A DNA stretch of 64,000 bases from an uncultured Alphaproteobacteria bacterium (GTDB lineage: Bacteria > Pseudomonadota > Alphaproteobacteria > MPNO01 > UBA2964), in the NCBI GenBank assembly GCA_951812775.1, contig OX638326.1:4015897-4079896 (forward strand). The letters run 5' to 3'. Under the pieces are notes generated by a model. That model searched no databases. It worked only from the letters and a program-made list of their open reading frames with translations, and was not told the origin of the DNA. Of this stretch, positions 63,337 to 64,000 are shown piece by piece. Both the position numbers and the translations under genes were made by a program. Numbering within the stretch: position 1 is the first letter of the stretch; each line of letters starts with the position of its first letter.

Positions 63337-63919
63337 TTAGCTTCCGCCTAACTCATTCAACAGTTGCCGGGCGTCATCGCGCTCCTTAAAAGTATCATTT
63401 GTCTTTAGGATGCCCTCTAACTCACGCCTTGCCTGTTGTGCTCGTCCCAATCGGCTTAGCGCGACAGCGATGTGATAACGGACACCATGTGCTTTTGCTG
63501 CGCGGGCGCTTGCGTCCCTAAGGAAAGGTAGACCCTTTGCTGCCTCTCCCCGTTTAACCAGCAGCCAACCATAGGTATCAAGTACAGGTGGAAGGGTAGG
63601 AGCGAGTTCGTAGGCTTTCTTGACGGTTTGAAAAGCCCGCGCATCGCCAATTTTATCGTAAAGGAGTGCCAGGTTATTCAGCATCCCAATATCTTTGGGA
63701 TATTTTTTTACATAGGTTTCATGCCTGAGCGCTTCCCTAAAACTCTCCTCAGATCTGCGCTTTTGTCTCAGAGCCAAATAGACGCAGCGCATCCTCATAG
63801 AACTCAAAGCTCTTACTGCCCCCGGTTTTCGCGAGGCCATGCTGTGAGGCCATCGCAAAGATGAAAAGGACTAAACAGGTTGCGACAAAAGTTATGTATT
63901 TAGGCAGCCAGGTTCTCAT
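63337..63919 (-). pseudogene. prsT: PrsT-like PEP-CTERM system TPR protein, internally deleted
   Basis: Signal peptide plus FYEDAL start joined out of frame to C-terminal TPRs (LNNLA..., DTYGW, YHIAVAL). Confidence 0.6.
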
Positions 63920-64000
63920 TTTTCGGATCAAAATTTCCTGAATCGATCACGTCATATAGTGTCTCACATCCATACTAAGTGTATCCAGATATAAATGGGA

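Overview
64 kb of an alphaproteobacterial chromosome, probably Rhodospirillales-like (cckA-recA-alaS synteny, GAAC-N7-GAAC LexA boxes, hpn genes, PEP-CTERM/PrsT). It holds aromatic/lipid catabolic genes, a hopanoid-modification cluster, an LPS/glycan cluster and core genes. The standout is an AT-richer island at about 25.6-30.7 kb. There, a three-gene module (membrane protein, ImmA/IrrE metallopeptidase, Beta-family protein), a candidate defence/TA system, is split by a complete IS1595-family transposon. The transposon has 23-bp imperfect IRs and an 8-bp TAAAAAAA target duplication. It carries a translationally coupled transposase-methyltransferase-BglII/BstYI-type endonuclease operon, plus a small antisense element with an extended Shine-Dalgarno, a 13-codon ORF and alternative hairpins. 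The window also shows function-biased decay: hpnIJL, cckA, a hybrid kinase and its Hpt partner, PEP-CTERM and prsT are broken while recA, alaS, ygfZ and msrA are intact. Short tandem duplications (12-48 bp) recur. All family calls come from motif recognition by eye; no database searches were run.
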